Assembly: GCA_964016885.1 (NCBI GenBank) | Contig: OZ024758.1 | Location: 27,838,001-27,902,000 of the forward strand | DNA from: Eledone cirrhosa | Taxonomy: Eukaryota | Length of the DNA: 64,000 nucleotides | Direction of reading: 5' to 3' | Program-made: the position numbers and the translations under genes | The notes under the pieces: model-generated | Told to the model about the DNA's origin: nothing | Databases searched by the model: none | Seen by the model: only the letters and a program-made list of their open reading frames with translations | Part shown: positions 1 through 13,581 of the stretch, piece by piece | How the letters are laid out: every line of letters starts with the position of its first letter | Numbering within the stretch: the first letter of the stretch is position 1

Positions 1-357
1 GTTGTTTCCCTTACATTTCCTCCAGCTCAGAGAGTTAGAAATTCCACATGGCGGTTTTTTTCTTTCATTTTTCTATTTATATTTTTAAATCTTAAAAATA
101 TAAGTTTTATTGTAAAAAAATGCAAGTGTCGTTTGTGGTTATGAAAACGGAAAAGGAAGAGAAAGGCAAGGGCCCTAGGTCACAGAAAAAATGTGAGTGT
201 GAAGGGAGAGGGTGATGTGCTCTAGGCCTAGGGCATGGTGGTATTGTTGCTGCACCCCGCAGACAAGACTGCAAGAGCATTCCTACAGACAATGGCCAGT
301 GTTAAAATGGCATCTCTTATTTCACATCTAAACAATGATATTCTCCTAGGGCAAGAG

Positions 358-3346
358 TTGGTAAGAATAAGATAGAAATGTCTGGAGGAATCTCACATAA
401 TGGTTAGAATAAGATGGAAATATGTCTGGAGGAATCTGACATATTGGTAAGAATAAGATGGAAATATGTCTGGAGGAATCTCACATATTTGTTAGAATAA
501 GGTGGAAATATGTCTGGAGGAATCTCACATATTGGTAAGAATAAGATGGAAATATGTCTGGAGGAATCTCACATATTGGTTAGAATAAGATAGAAATATG
601 TCTGGAGGAATCTCACATATTGGTTAGAATAAGATAGAAATATGTCTGGAGGAATCTGACATATTGGTTAGAATAAGATGGAAATATGTCTGGAGGAATC
701 TGACATATTGGTTAGAATAAGATGGAAATATATCTGGAGGAATCTGACATATTGGTTAGAATGAGATGGAAATATGTCTGGAGGAATCTCACATATTGGT
801 TAGAAGAAGATGGAAATATGTCTGGAGGAATCTCACATATTTGTTAGAAGAAGATGGAAATATGTCTGGAGGAATCTGACATATTGGTTAGAAGTAGATG
901 GAAATATGTCTGGAGGAATCTGACATATTGGTTAGAATAAGATGGAAATATGTCTGGAGGAATCTGACATATTGGTTAGAATAAGATGGAAATATGTCTG
1001 GAGGAATCTCACATATTGGTTAGAATAAGATGGAAATATGTCTGGAGGAATCTCACATATTGGTTAGAATAAGATGGAAATATGTCTGGAGGAATCTCAC
1101 ATATTGGTTAGAAGTAGATGGAAATATGTCTGGAGGAATCTGACATATTGGTTAGAATAAGATGGAAATATGTCTGGAGGAATCTCACATATTGGTTAGA
1201 ATAAGATGGAAATATGTCTGGAGGAATCTCACATATTTGTTAGAATAAGATAGAAATATGTCTGGAGGAATCTCACATATTGGTTAGAATAAGATAGAAA
1301 TATGTCTGGAGGAATCTCACATATTGGTTAGAATAAGATAGAAATATGTCTGGAGGAATCTCACATATTGGTTAGAAGTAGATGGAAATATGTCTGGAGG
1401 AATCTCACATATTGGTTAGAAGAAGATGGAAATATGTCTGGAGGAATCTCACATATTGGTTAGAATAAGATAGAAATGTCTGGAGGAATCTGACATATTG
1501 GTTAGAACAAGATAGAAATATGTCTGGAGGAATCTCACATATTGGTTAGAAGAAGATAGAAATATGTCTGGAGGAATCACATATATTGGTAAGAATAAGA
1601 TAGAAATATGTCTGGAGGAATCTGACATATTGGTTAGAATAAGATGGAAATATGTCTGGAGGAATCTGACATATTGGTTAGAATAAGATGGAAATATATC
1701 TGGAGGAATCTGACATATTGGTTAGAATGAGATGGAAATATGTCTGGAGGAATCTCACATATTGGTTAGAAGAAGATGGAAATATGTCTGGAGGAATCTC
1801 ACATATTTGTTAGAAGAAGATGGAAATATGTCTGGAGGAATCTCACATATTGCTTAGAAGTAGATGGAAATATGTCTGGAGGAATCTGACATATTGGTTA
1901 GAATAAGATGGAAATATGTCTGGAGGAATCTGACATATTGGTTAGAATAAGATGGAAATATGTCTGGAGGAATCTCACATATTGGTTAGAATAAGATGGA
2001 AATATGTCTGGAGGAATCTCACATATTGGTTAGAATAAGATGGAAATATGTCAGGAGGAATCTCACATATTGCTTAGAAGTAGATGGAAATATGTCTGGA
2101 GGAATCTGACATATTGGTTAGAATAAGATGGAAATATGTCTGGAGGAATCTCACATATTGGTTAGAATAAGATGGAAATATGTCTGGAGGAATCTCACAT
2201 ATTTGTTAGAATAAGATAGAAATATGTCTGGAGGAATCTCACATATTGGTTAGAATAAGATAGAAATATGTCTGGAGGAATCTCACATATTGGTTAGAAT
2301 AAGATAGAAATATGTCTGGAGGAATCTCACATATTGGTTAGAATAAGATAGAAATATGTCTGGAGGAATCTCACATATTGGTTAGAAGTAGATGGAAATA
2401 TGTCTGGAGGAATCTCACATATTGGTTAGAAGAAGATGGAAATATGTCTGGAGGAATCTCACATATTGGTTAGAATAAGATAGAAATGTCTGGAGGAATC
2501 TGACATATTGGTTAGAACAAGATAGAAATATGTCTGGAGGAATCTCACATATTGGTTAGAACAAGATAGAAATATGTCTGGAGGAATCACATATATTGGT
2601 AAGAATAAGATAGAAATATGTCTGGAGGAATCTCACATATTGGTTAGAAGAAGATGGAAATATGTCTGGAGGAATCTCACATATTGGTTAGAAGAAGATA
2701 GAAATATGTCTGGAGGAATCTGACATATTTGTTAGAATAAGATAGAAATATGTCTGGAGGAATCTCACATATTGGTTAGAAGAAGATAGAAATATGTCTG
2801 GAGGAATCTCACAAATTGGTTAGAATAAGATAGAAATATGTCTGGAGGAATCTCACATATTTGTTAGAATAAGATAAAAATATGTCTGGAGGAATCTCAC
2901 ATATTGGTTAGAACAAGATAGAAATATGTCTGGAGGAATCTCACATATTGGTTAGAAGTAGATGGAAATATGTCTGGAGGAATCTCACATATTGGTTAGA
3001 ACAAGATAGAAATATGTCTGGAGGAATCTCACATATTGGTTAGAACAAGATAGAAATATGTCTGGAGGAATCTCACATATTGGTTAGAAGAAGATGGAAA
3101 TATGTCTGGAGGAATCTCACATATTGGTTAGAACAAGATGGAAATATGTCTGGAGGAATCTCACATATTGGTTAGAACAAGATAGAAATATGTCTGGAGG
3201 AATCTCACATATTGGTTAGAAGAAGATAGAAATATGTCTGGAGGAATCTCACATATTGGTTAGAATAAGATAGAAATATGTCTGGAGGAATCTCACATAT
3301 TGGTTAGAAGAAGATGGAAATATGTCTGGAGGAATCTTACATATTT
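358..3346. repeat. 44-bp tandem satellite, about 68 copies (TGGTTAGAATAAGATGGAAATATGTCTGGAGGAATCTCACATAT)
   Basis: Periodicity is directly visible, with few variant positions. Confidence 0.97.
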
Positions 3347-3904
3347 GCTGAAAAAAGGAAAATGACATTAAATCTTGAAAAATCTTTTATTTATTTTTTT
3401 CTCTCTCTCCTTATCACATATTTATTTCTAGTTATCTTTGTAATTCATTCTGTACGAAATATTCTAACACTTTAATTTATGCTCGGATGGCTTTTATCAG
3501 ATAAGGTCCATGCTGCTGCGAATGTGACGATTGAGGAACTCGGTCATAGGGGACTTCAGGTTAATTCTAAATATGAACATTGGAACCTCTAATACTCAGC
3601 TTTGCAGCATCAACCAAAAGTAGACCTATTCCCCAACTAATTATTTCAAATCCACCAAAATAGGTGTGTGTGTGTGTGTGTGTGATTATACAACCCATTT
3701 TTTTTTCTATTTCTGCCACTGCTCATTCTCCCCTATCTTTCTATTTCTTCCTTAATTTCTCAATCTATTTTCTAATGAAGGACTAGCATCAGAAACGTTA
3801 ATACTCTTTTCCTAACTATATCAAGCATAAAACTAATACATTTCTTAATTGTATTATATCATATGCTTTGTTATTTGTTTACCTTCTGCATACATATATA
3901 CATA

Positions 3905-4112
3905 CTTACTGGAGATCTCTCTGCACTTGTCATCACAGGGTACAATGGGCCCAGCACTATGTGTCAGTAATTGTCACAAGTGTAGTGTTTGTACCAGAGT
4001 TTTCAAGTCGCTGGCTGGACTAAAAAGTCACACTCGTTCAGCGCATCGGTAGGGGTTCTCCTACATGGATATAAAGTAGTGGCCGTACTCGAAAACGAGT
4101 TGGCAGCCACCA
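3905..4112 (+). mobile_element. Probable 3' end of an RTE-type LINE with terminal C2H2 finger
   Basis: A single CSVCTRVFKSLAGLKSHTRSAH immediately before the stop, then a short 3' UTR and a TA-rich tail. Some RTE ORFs end in such a finger. Confidence 0.5.
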
Positions 4113-4365
4113 TGTATATATATATATGTATGTATATATATGTATATAAAACCAGCACTTTATATATGTACTTGTGTGTGTGTCTATATATATATATATT
4201 ATATATATATATATATATACATATATGCAGAGGTTATATTTAATTTAAACATTTTTATAACTGATATAAAGCACTCAACAGTATGGTGGAGTAAATATAC
4301 AATATATTAATTGTTTCTACTTTAGGCACAAGGCCAGCAATTACCCAGTGCATTACTGGTACTTT

Positions 4366-4716
4366 ATATATACAATATATTAATAAATGGAAACTATATT
4401 TATAAAACCATATTTATTTTATTATACATATTTCAAGGTCAACCAAGGCAAATTATGGTGCGCTTTCATCAGATAATATACAGATTTGTTTTATAAATAA
4501 ATATTAACATACCCAGAAAAAAAAGACAACCTATCCAGGAAGCTCCAACCGTTAAGGTTTTTTTTTCCGGGTATGTCAATATTTATTTATAAAACAAATC
4601 TGTATATTATCTGATGAAAGCGCACCATAATTTGCCTTGGTTGCCCTTGAAATATGTATAATAAAATAAATATGGTTTTATAAATATAGTTTCCATTTAT
4701 TAATATATTGTATATA
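4366..4716. repeat. Fold-back inverted repeat (arms about 155 bp, spacer about 35 bp); Penelope-like remnant
   Basis: 4366-4523 is a near-perfect reverse complement of 4558-4716. It carries a degenerate CTGATGA...GAAA motif and abuts (TA)n. Confidence 0.8.
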
Positions 4717-4781
4717 CATATATATATATGTATATATAAATATATATATATATTTATATATATATATATAAATATATATAT

Positions 4782-5121
4782 GGAGACACATGGCTTAGTG
4801 GTTAGAGCATTGGCCTTGCAATCGAAAGGTTGTGAGTTCAATTCTCAGACTGGGTGATGTGTTGTTTCCTTGAGCAAGACACTTTATTTCACATTGCTCC
4901 AGTTTACTCAGCTGTAGAAATGAGATGATAGGGACTGGGGTCCCTATCATTCCACTGCAAAGTGGTCATGGAGGTGCCATGGAAAAAAAAGCACCCAGCA
5001 CTCACTGTAATTGAGGTTGGTGTTAGGAAGGGCATCCAGCTGTAGAAATCAAGCCAGAATAAGTTCCCGTCCCACCCTTGCAAGCAGGGAAAAGCGGACG
5101 TAAGATGATGATGATGATGAT
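4782..5121 (+). mobile_element. tRNA-derived CORE-like SINE with RTE-derived 3' tail (family S1)
   Basis: A box TGGCTTAGTGG, B box GAGTTCAATTC, CORE-like CCTTGAGCAAGACACTT...CAGTTTACTCAGCTGTAGAAATG, and a (GAT)n tail. Near-identical copies at 23446, 26405 and 32226. Confidence 0.85.
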
Positions 5122-5459
5122 GAAATATATATATAAATATATATATACATATATATATATACACACACAAGTACATATATAAAGTGCTGCTGTTAGAGTA
5201 TCTAACACTAATAAGTACCTGTTTATCTATTATGGAAGACTAAATCTCTGATAGTCAAAACAAAAAGACCGTTTAAAAAATTTAAAGACATAATTATTTA
5301 AAGAAGTTAGAGGGAATAGTTTAAAAGTTCACACGAAAATGGAGAAGGGCCCGAATTATTACAAATTATTAGGTTACATACTTTTTAAGAAGTCAAACGA
5401 AGTTATCTCCCTTGAATATTTCGTGCAATTGGAAAGTTGGAAAATTTTAAAAAGTAACT

Positions 5460-5521
5460 AATTATTTAGCCTGATAGTGGGGTTCCGAGGGTTCTTAACC
5501 CCACTATCAGGCTAAATAATT
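5460..5521. repeat. Perfect 25-bp inverted repeat with 12-nt loop
   Basis: AATTATTTAGCCTGATAGTGGGGTT / AACCCCACTATCAGGCTAAATAATT. Confidence 0.9.
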
Positions 5522-5573
5522 TCTTTAATTGCTTTAGTCAAATTACGGCGATAGCTTACATTTCTAATAATTT

Positions 5574-8046
5574 CAGACGGGTTGTCCGATTTGAAGCAAG
5601 TTGGGTCAGGTGACCATTTCTTGCTCATATAGAACTGTTTCTAGCTAGGTTTCTACAGCTGGATGCCCTTCCTAATGACAACCACATTTACAGTGTGTGC
5701 CGAATGCTTTTTATTGTGGTTCCTACACAACCACTTTACAGTGTGGACTAGGTGCTTTTTGTTGTGACCCCTACACGACCACCTTACAGTGTGGGCTGGG
5801 TGTTTTTTGTAGTGAGACCTACACAACCAATTTACAGTGTGGGCTGGGTGTTTTTTGTAGTGAGACCTACACAACCACTTTACAGTGTGGGCTGGGTGCT
5901 ATTTGTTGTGGCTCCTACACAACCCCCTTACAGTGTGGGCTGGGTGTTTTTTGTAGTGAGACCTACACAACCACCTTACAGTGTGGGCTGGGTTTTTTTT
6001 GTCATGTCACCTACACAACCACCTAACAGTGTGGGCTGAGTTTTTTTTGTAGTGAGACCTACACGACCACTTTACAGTGTGGGCTGGGTGTTTTTTGTCA
6101 TGTCACCTACACAACCACCTTACAGTGTGGGCTGGGTGTTTTTTGTAGTGAGACCTACACGACCACTTTACAGTGTGGGCTGGGTGTTTTTTGTAGTGAG
6201 ACCTACACAACCACCTTAGTGTGGGCTGGGTGGTTTTTGTCATGTCACCTACACAACCACTTTACAGTGTGGGCTGAGTGGTTTTTGTAGTGAGACCTAC
6301 ACAACCACTTTACAGTGTGGGCTGGGTGTTTTTTGTAGTGAGACCTACACGACCACTTTACAGTGTGGGCTGGGTGTTTTTTGTAGTGAGACCTACACGA
6401 CCACTTTACAGTGTGGGCTGGGTGTTTTTTGTAGTGAGACCTACACGACCACTTTACAGTGTGGGCTGGGTGTTTTTTGTAGTGAGACCTACACGACCAC
6501 TTTACAGTGTGGGCTGGGTGTTTTTTGTAGTGAGACCTACACGACCACTTTACAGTGTGGGCTGGGTGTTTTTTGTAGTGAGACCTACATGACCACTTTA
6601 CAGTGTGGGCTGGGTGTTTTTTGTAGTGAGACCTACACGACCACTTTACAGTGTGGGCTGGGTGTTTTTTGTAGTGAGACCTACACGACCACTTTACAGT
6701 GTGGGCTGGGTGTTTTTTGTAGTGAGACCTACACGACCACTTTACAGTGTGGGCTGGGTGTTTTTTGTAGTGAGACCTACACGACCACTTTACAGTGTGG
6801 GCTGGGTGTTTTTTGTCATGTCACCTACACAACCACCTTACAGTGTGGGCTGGGTGTTTTTTGTAGTGAGACCTACACGACCACTTTACAGTGTGGGCTG
6901 GGTGTTTTTTGTAGTGAGACCTACACAACCACCTTACAGTGTGGGCTGGGTGTTTTTTGTAGTGAGACCTACACGACCACTTTACAGTGTGGGCTGGGTG
7001 TTTTTTGTAGTGAGACCTACACGACCACTTTACAGTGTGGGCTGGGTGTTTTTTGTAGTGAGACCTACACAACCACTTTACAGTGTGGGCTGGGTGTTTT
7101 TTGTAGTGAGACCTACACGACCACTTTACAGTGTGGGCTGGGTGTTTTTTGTAGTGAGACCTACATGACCACTTTACAGTGTGGGCTGGGTGTTTTTTGT
7201 AGTGAGACCTACACGACCACTTTACAGTGTGGGCTGGGTGTTTTTTGTAGTGAGACCTACATGACCACTTTACAGTGTGGGCTGGGTGTTTTTTGTCATG
7301 TCACCTACACAACCACCTTACAGTGTGGGCTGGGTGTTTTTTGTAGTGAGACCTACATGACCACTTTACAGTGTGGGCTGGGTGTTTTTTGTAGTGAGAC
7401 CTACACGACCACTTTACAGTGTGGGCTGGGTGTTTTTTGTAGTGAGACCTACACGACCACTTTACAGTGTGGGCTGGGTGTTTTTTGTCATGTCACCTAC
7501 ACAACCACCTTACAGTGTGGGCTGGGTGTTTTTTGTAGTGAGACCTACACGACCACTTTACAGTGTGGGCTGGGTGTTTTTTGTAGTGAGACCTACACAA
7601 CCACCTTACAGTGTGGGCTGAGTGTTTTTTGTAGTGAGACCTACACGACCACTTTACAGTGTGGGCTGAGTGTTTTTTGTAGTGAGACCTACACGACCAC
7701 TTTACAGTGTGGGCTGGGTGTTTTTTGTAGTGAGACCTACACGACCACTTTACAGTGTGGGCTGGGTGATTTTTGTAGTGAGACCTACACAACCACTTTA
7801 CAGTGTGGGCTGGGTGTTTTTTGTAGTGAGACCTACACGACCACTTTACAGTGTGGGCTGGGTGTTTATTGTAGTGAGACCTACACGACCACTTTACAGT
7901 GTGGGCTGAGTGTTTTTTGTAGTGAGACCTACACAACCACTTTACAGTGTGGGCTGAGTGTTTTTTGTAGTGAGACCTACACAACCACTTTACAGTGTGG
8001 GCTGAGTGTTTTTTGTAGTGAGACCTACACGACCACTTTACAGTGT
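5574..8046 (-). repeat. 48-bp minisatellite (about 49 copies, 5688-8046) expanded inside an RTE 3'-UTR fragment
   Basis: Unit CAGTGTGGGCTGGGTGTTTTTTGTAGTGAGACCTACACGACCACTTTA, preceded by the CTACAGCTGGATGCCCTTCCT segment shared with 31375-32040. Confidence 0.93.
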
Positions 8047-8464
8047 TTAATATATTTGTATAACTAAGTGACACTACGCAATTTAATGACCAAATGAATT
8101 ACTACTGTGGCCTCAACTGCTACAATGGAGATTCACTTAGCTATTACCATAACATCATTTAATAGTTCGCATCTAGCAAAATATGAAAACTAATTTCTGT
8201 ATCTAGTTCACCTTTTGGTATTTATTATTTTGCAACTTGAGACTAAGTCTTGCTATTTTCAACTGCTGATAGTTCTACCAGAAGATATCTAAGTATTGTT
8301 TTGTTTTTGTTATATTACATGTGATAGTAAGAGGGGCAATGACCTTTGTATGCTCTCTTGATTATTATTTCTTTTTTTGGCATGAACATCTATAGGTCAA
8401 TGACTTCCGGAAAAATGTGGGTGTAGAGAGAACTCTAAGGAAGTAGGAAGAAACAATTTTTAAG

Positions 8465-8735
8465 GGTCAATAAAATAAAGTACCAGTAACGTACTGGGGT
8501 TGATTTAATTGAATTTCCCTTTCCCCCAAATTGTTGGCCTTGTGCCTAAATCAGAAACCATTATTATCTATCGGACGCCATGCTTTGCAGCAAAGAGTTA
8601 CGGCCCTTTATGATCTGAGTTCAAATCCTGCCGAGGTAAACTTTGCCTTTCATCCTTACGGGGTCGATAAAATAAAGTACCAGTAATTCACTGGGTAATT
8701 GCTGGCCTTGTGCCAAAAAGTAGAAACAATTATTA
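8465..8735 (+). mobile_element. Two adjacent partial copies of SINE family S2
   Basis: GATAAAATAAAGTACCAGT...GGCCTTGTGCC...GAAACAATTATT motif, shared with many other copies. Confidence 0.8.
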
Positions 8736-9420
8736 TCTATGTATCTAAAAACAGAGAATGTCTATCTGTCTGACTCCCTAAAACTTGAGAACCACCCAAC
8801 CGACTTTTTTCAAACTTTACACATGCAATACTTATGGCCGTGTGAGTGTTTTGAGCAAAAAATATTTCAAATTTTCAATGCCCTAGGGACCGCATTAGGC
8901 AGCTATAACGTTGCGCCCTTATAATATATGTCTGTATGTCTGGCTGTCTGCATTACGACATTATGACACTATCTGTGTGTGTATGTATATATGTATATAT
9001 AGTGTGCGTGTATATATATCTATATATATATATATATATATATAGTGTGTAACGTTTTTCGAAATATTTACTTCTGCGTTAACAGATTGAATTTTTTAGT
9101 TTCAGAAGATCTTGTTAAGAGTGAAAGCAGCGATTCTTTGCTTAAACTTTAATCTGTTATTTTAATCATCATCATCATCATCAACATTTAACATCCGTGT
9201 TCCACGCTTGCATGGGTTTGGACGGGGGTTTTCCCCACTTGAGGCAAGAGTGGTTGTCTTGCTCGCATAGGACTGCCTGGCGGGTTTTCTACAGCTGGAT
9301 GCCCTTCCTAACACCAACCACATTTACAGTGTGGGGCTGGGAGGTTTTTACCGTGTTGCCTACACGGCCACATTACAGCGTGGACTGTGTGTTTTTTGTC
9401 GTGACACCTACACGATCTCA

Positions 9421-9459
<39 letters not shown>

Positions 9460-9895
9460 TATATTTGTGTACAGATATTTTTGCATACACAATAACAAAA
9501 TATAAACAAACGTATTTATTTCACGAGGCTCGATAAGGATAAATATATATCAAATATATAAGAACCCTAGAGTAAATATTGTTCTCACTGCTGATGAGCC
9601 AGAAGGGGATATACACGATTGGCTGAAGAAGGACGAGACTGTGTTAGTAGTAGGACCAACGGCTGCTATCAAACCAACAGCAGCAAAAACAACAACAAAA
9701 AAGAGAGGGAATGCAATTATATGCTTTTGAAAAATCTTAATGGAAAATTATTTGCCTATTCACCCAAGGCGACTTCACTTTTTATTAGGACTTCTGCATC
9801 AATTGGTGAACATACGACGAAACTGTTTCAGAAAGGAGGGATAAACATGCCAATCTATGTTTAGAATCCTGAGCAACGCCGGGCCATTCTGCTAG
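8736..9895 (+). mobile_element. Non-autonomous Helitron-like element (family HA), interrupted by an RTE-tail insertion at 9166-9425
   Basis: Starts A|TCTATGTATCTAAAA with (GTCT)-like repeats; ends CCTGAGCAACGCCGGGC...CTAG|T. Its 5' part is repeated in reverse at about 61805-62292 and its 3' part at 29654-29800. Confidence 0.7.
9166..9425 (-). mobile_element. 5'-truncated RTE 3'-UTR copy
   Basis: (CAT)n followed by sequence matching 31375-31620. Confidence 0.8.
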
Positions 9896-9976
9896 TTATT
9901 ACTATATGGAGGGAGGCAAGACTAAGGTTTGGGATGGGCGGTTTAGTGGAGTGAGAGCACTTAAATGATGATACAG

Positions 9977-10392
9977 GGCGGTGGATTGGAAGTATTCGTA
10001 GAGCGTCGGACACCATGCTTTGCAGCATAGAGTTACGGCCCTTTACGTTCTGAGTTCAAATTCTGCCGAGGTTAGCTTTGCCTTCCATCTTTACGGGGGT
10101 CGATAAAATAAAGTACCAGTAATGTACCGGGGTCGACTTAATCGACTTTCCACTCTGCCAAAATTGCTGGACTTGTGCGTAAAGAAGAAACAATTATTAT
10201 TACTCAGCAGTATCGGTAGAGGGTCGGACGCCATGCTTTGAAGCATAGAGTTACGTCCCTTTAAGATCTGAGTTCAAATCCCGCCGACGTTGACTTTGCC
10301 TTTCATCCTTACGGGGGGGTCGATAAAATAAAGTACCAGTAATACACTGGGTAATTGCTGGCCTTGTGCCAAAAGTAGAAACAATTATTATT
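9977..10392 (+). mobile_element. Two tandem copies of SINE family S2 (long and short subtype)
   Basis: GGCGGTGGATTGG head, B-box-like GAGTTCAAAT, central GACTTTGCCTTTCATCCTTACGGGGTCGATAAAATAAAGTACCAG (resembles the MetaSINE central domain as I recall it), and an (ATT)n tail. Confidence 0.85.
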
Positions 10393-10523
10393 ACTATAGG
10401 TTAATGTCTTCAGGAGAAATGTGGGCGAGGAGAGAACTCTAGGGAGTCATATTTTCAAGGGAAAGCGGAAGAAGCAATACATTTATTTTGACTATAAAAT
10501 TACAACAAATTTACATTATGTAA

Positions 10524-10860
10524 CAGGGGTTCTCAAAGTGGGCGCTACTGCTCCCTGGGTGGAATTGAGAAGATCCAATGGGCACTGGGGCCTAAGGGGG
10601 TGGTAGAGGTGATATAATAGTGTATTAAATATCAAATGATACATATATATATATAAATATAGTAAAATAAAAAAATATACAATATTTATTTATACATAGT
10701 ATATATTATATTATTTATTATATACAAATTGACGAACCTATTTATTATATATTATTTACAATTTGCGTGTTGGTAGGCCTCTCTGGAAATAGGGGTGGGG
10801 GCGCTGAGGGTATTACATAACCGTGGGGGGGGGGGGGGGGCAAAAGTTTGAGAACCTCTG
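10524..10860. mobile_element. hAT/Charlie-like MITE
   Basis: Ends CAGGGGTTCTCAAA / TTTGAGAACCTCTG; no clean TSD seen. Confidence 0.55.
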
Positions 10861-11451
10861 GTATAACATATGGCAAGTGTGGAGAGAGGCATGCCTAAAA
10901 TTAGGGGTGGGAGGGTCAGAAGGATTGGTGGGGGTGAAAGCACTTAAATGTTGAAACAGGTCTGGTCTTGTCCTGATAATAATATGATAATGATGAAAAT
11001 ATTGTGTACAGTGCTCAGGTGCACTACAACTCATCAAAAAGTATGTATAGTACATAGAGTATTACACCAAATTTGCAGTTGACTCAAACCTGTGTCATCT
11101 CTGAGAGGTCAGCCAATGTTTTCCTAGGTTTTCCTTTTCCACAGGTTCTCCCATTTTGAGTACCTTGCAGTTCTTATCCTTCAGACACATTACATGAACA
11201 TACTTCATCCAATGCCTCTTTTGTCTAGTATTTCCCAGAACATTAATGATTTGCCATTCATATACACTACTAGTACACAACCATCAGAGTATGCGCACCC
11301 CATACTTACCAGACTATGTAAATCCTCTATGTTCAAGGCCCAAGACTCACTTCCCTGCAGCATCATACAATCTGCCATTCACTCTAAGAGAGAAACCCTT
11401 TATAACACCCTGAAGTTTTTCCAGCCAATTCTCACACTGGCTACTGCACTT

Positions 11452-11670
11452 TCATCATCATTATCGTTAAACGTCCATTTTCCATGGACGACAGGTTGTC
11501 CCATTTGAGGTAAGTTGGGTGAGGTGACCATGTCTTGCTCATATAGAACTGTTTCTGGCTAGGTTTCTACGGTTGGATACTCTTCCTAACACCAACCTCA
11601 TTTACAGTGTGAGCTGGGTGTTTTTTTATCATGACACCTACATGACCACTTTACAGTGTGGGTTGGATAT
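11452..11670 (-). mobile_element. RTE 3'-UTR fragment with 1-2 of the 48-bp units
   Basis: Homologous to the flanks of the arrays at 5574 and 60890. Confidence 0.75.
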
Positions 11671-11814
11671 GTTTTGTTCAAAGTGTATAGACAATTCTTA
11701 GCCCAGTGGAAAGTACAGCCACAAGCATAGCATTTGGAGACCTTACTTTATATTTTGTTGGATTTACCACTTTGAAATGTTTCCTGTCGCTTTCATTGCC
11801 TCTACTTTGGCAGG

Positions 11815-12020
11815 TTAACCCTTTAGCATTTAAACCAGTCGAATCCGGCCAGAATTCTCTCACCTCTTTCTATTCAAACTGCTTGTAACCGGCTGCTCAA
11901 AATAAATAATATCAAAATCTCATAGTTTTGATATTATGTGAGATAAAGCATATTATGTGAGATAAAGCATTTTCTGTGAAAATACAATAGTAAATATCAA
12001 GTAATGTGAATGGTTAAGGG
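11815..12020 (+). mobile_element. TTAA/piggyBac-type MITE (family P1), degenerate right end
   Basis: TTAACCCTTTAGCATT start; interior shared with 15943-16171. Confidence 0.75.
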
Positions 12021-13581
12021 TTTACAGTACCAGCAACCAGAATAAACTTCTGTCATAGCATTGGCTTCACAGTTTTACAAAAAATATTTCAACAAAATTG
12101 TCAGGACAAAAATTTTATTCGTGTAAAGTAATGACCTGTAATTTTACATAAAAATAACAATTTTGTGACTGCTTTTGAAATAGTTATAAAATAAAAAATT
12201 TAATACAAAGTGTAAACAGTTTCAAAATAATCAATACAAAATGGCAGTTTAAAAACAAGGGAAAAAGCAAGGAATGGGTTAGAATCATAGCAGGGAAAAA
12301 AAAAAAAAAAAAAAAAGTGATACAAAGTGAAGAAAAAGAAAACAAAGTTCTCATTTGGGAAAAATAAACAAAAAAAAGCCCCACACCCACAAAAAACCTG
12401 TTATTAATTTATTATTTATTTATTGAGATTTGAGCTGGGAGATGAACCAGTTTTGAATCACATCTTACAACTTGGGCTAGATACTGGTTCAAAAACTTAT
12501 TTTGTTGCCAAACCCTTATAGGATTTTCTACCTAAAGTTATAGAACCCATACCTACTTGGTCTAGATCACTGGTTCAAGAACTTATTTTGTTGCCAAACC
12601 CTTATAGGATTTTCCACCTAAAGTTATAGGCAACCCTCAATATCATAAAATTAATAAGACATTAAATGCAACAAAATTTGTTTTAGAGATTGAATTTATT
12701 CATTGGGAATGGGACAAACATTTTTTACTAAAATTTACTAAAAAATTATCCTATCTGGTAGAAACCTAGAATTTCTTCATAGAACCCATTTTAGGAAATA
12801 AACAGTTGATAGCAGTTGATAACAGTTGATATATCATACAAAGCAGTGGTTCTCAAAATTTTGGTACCAGCACCCCACTGATGTTAAGGTATTGTTCTCA
12901 AAATAAATATCAAAATCTCATAGATTCAATATTATGTGAGGTAAAGCCTTTACCATGAAAATACAATAGTAAATATAGAGTAATGTAAATGTTAAAGGGT
13001 TAAATGTTGTTTATGTCCCATAACTTAGCAATTCAACAAAAAGAGATCAATAAAATAAATACCAGACTTGAAAAAATAAGTACTGCGGGTCAATATGATA
13101 AACTAAATTCCTTCAAGGCAGTGCCCCAACATGGTCGTAGTCTAATGATTGAAACCAGTAAAATAATTGTTTCTACGTTAGGCACAAGGCCAGCAATTAC
13201 CCAGTGTATTACTGGTACTTTATTTTATCGACCCCGTAAAGATGAAAGGCAAAGTTAACCTTGGCGGGATTTGAAAAAAATAATGTTTGTCCCAATGTAA
13301 ATTCAAAACATAGGGTTGTTCAGTTCTTTGAGGCTACATCTTGTTTACTCTCTTAATTTTTTTTTTTTTTACTTTACTTGGACTACCTTGTATTTTCTGT
13401 ATCTATTCTTTATGTTCTCGTCTACTCCCAAAGAAGGGCTTAAGCCCGACACGTCAAACTTTCTTTCCCCTCTTCCATATAAAGCATGAAACTAATAAGA
13501 CTTTTTACACATCTTTTAATAGCTCTATTATGCATGGAAGCAGTCATTGATGTTAATGGCAGATTCATTGAGTAGATGTGT

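Noticed and set aside
3849-4052. Host C2H2 zinc-finger gene
   Set aside because: A single finger right at the stop, with no TGEKP linker and followed by a simple-repeat tail, fits a LINE ORF end better.
4782-4855. tRNA gene candidates (also 23446, 26405, 32226)
   Set aside because: The A/B boxes are SINE heads that continue into CORE-like and LINE-derived sequence; there is no proper cloverleaf or terminator.
358-8046. CRISPR-like regular arrays
   Set aside because: These are head-to-tail tandem repeats with no unique spacers and no cas genes, in a eukaryotic context.
6589-8067. 492-aa Cys/Thr-rich ORF and overlapping ORFs (also 60143-60873)
   Set aside because: The 48-bp unit is a multiple of 3 and stop-free in several frames on both strands. 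It derives from an RTE 3' UTR and shows no splice or codon evidence.
9590-9650. Hammerhead motif CTGATGAGCCA...TGGCTGAAG
   Set aside because: It has GAAG instead of GAAA and no convincing stems I and III.
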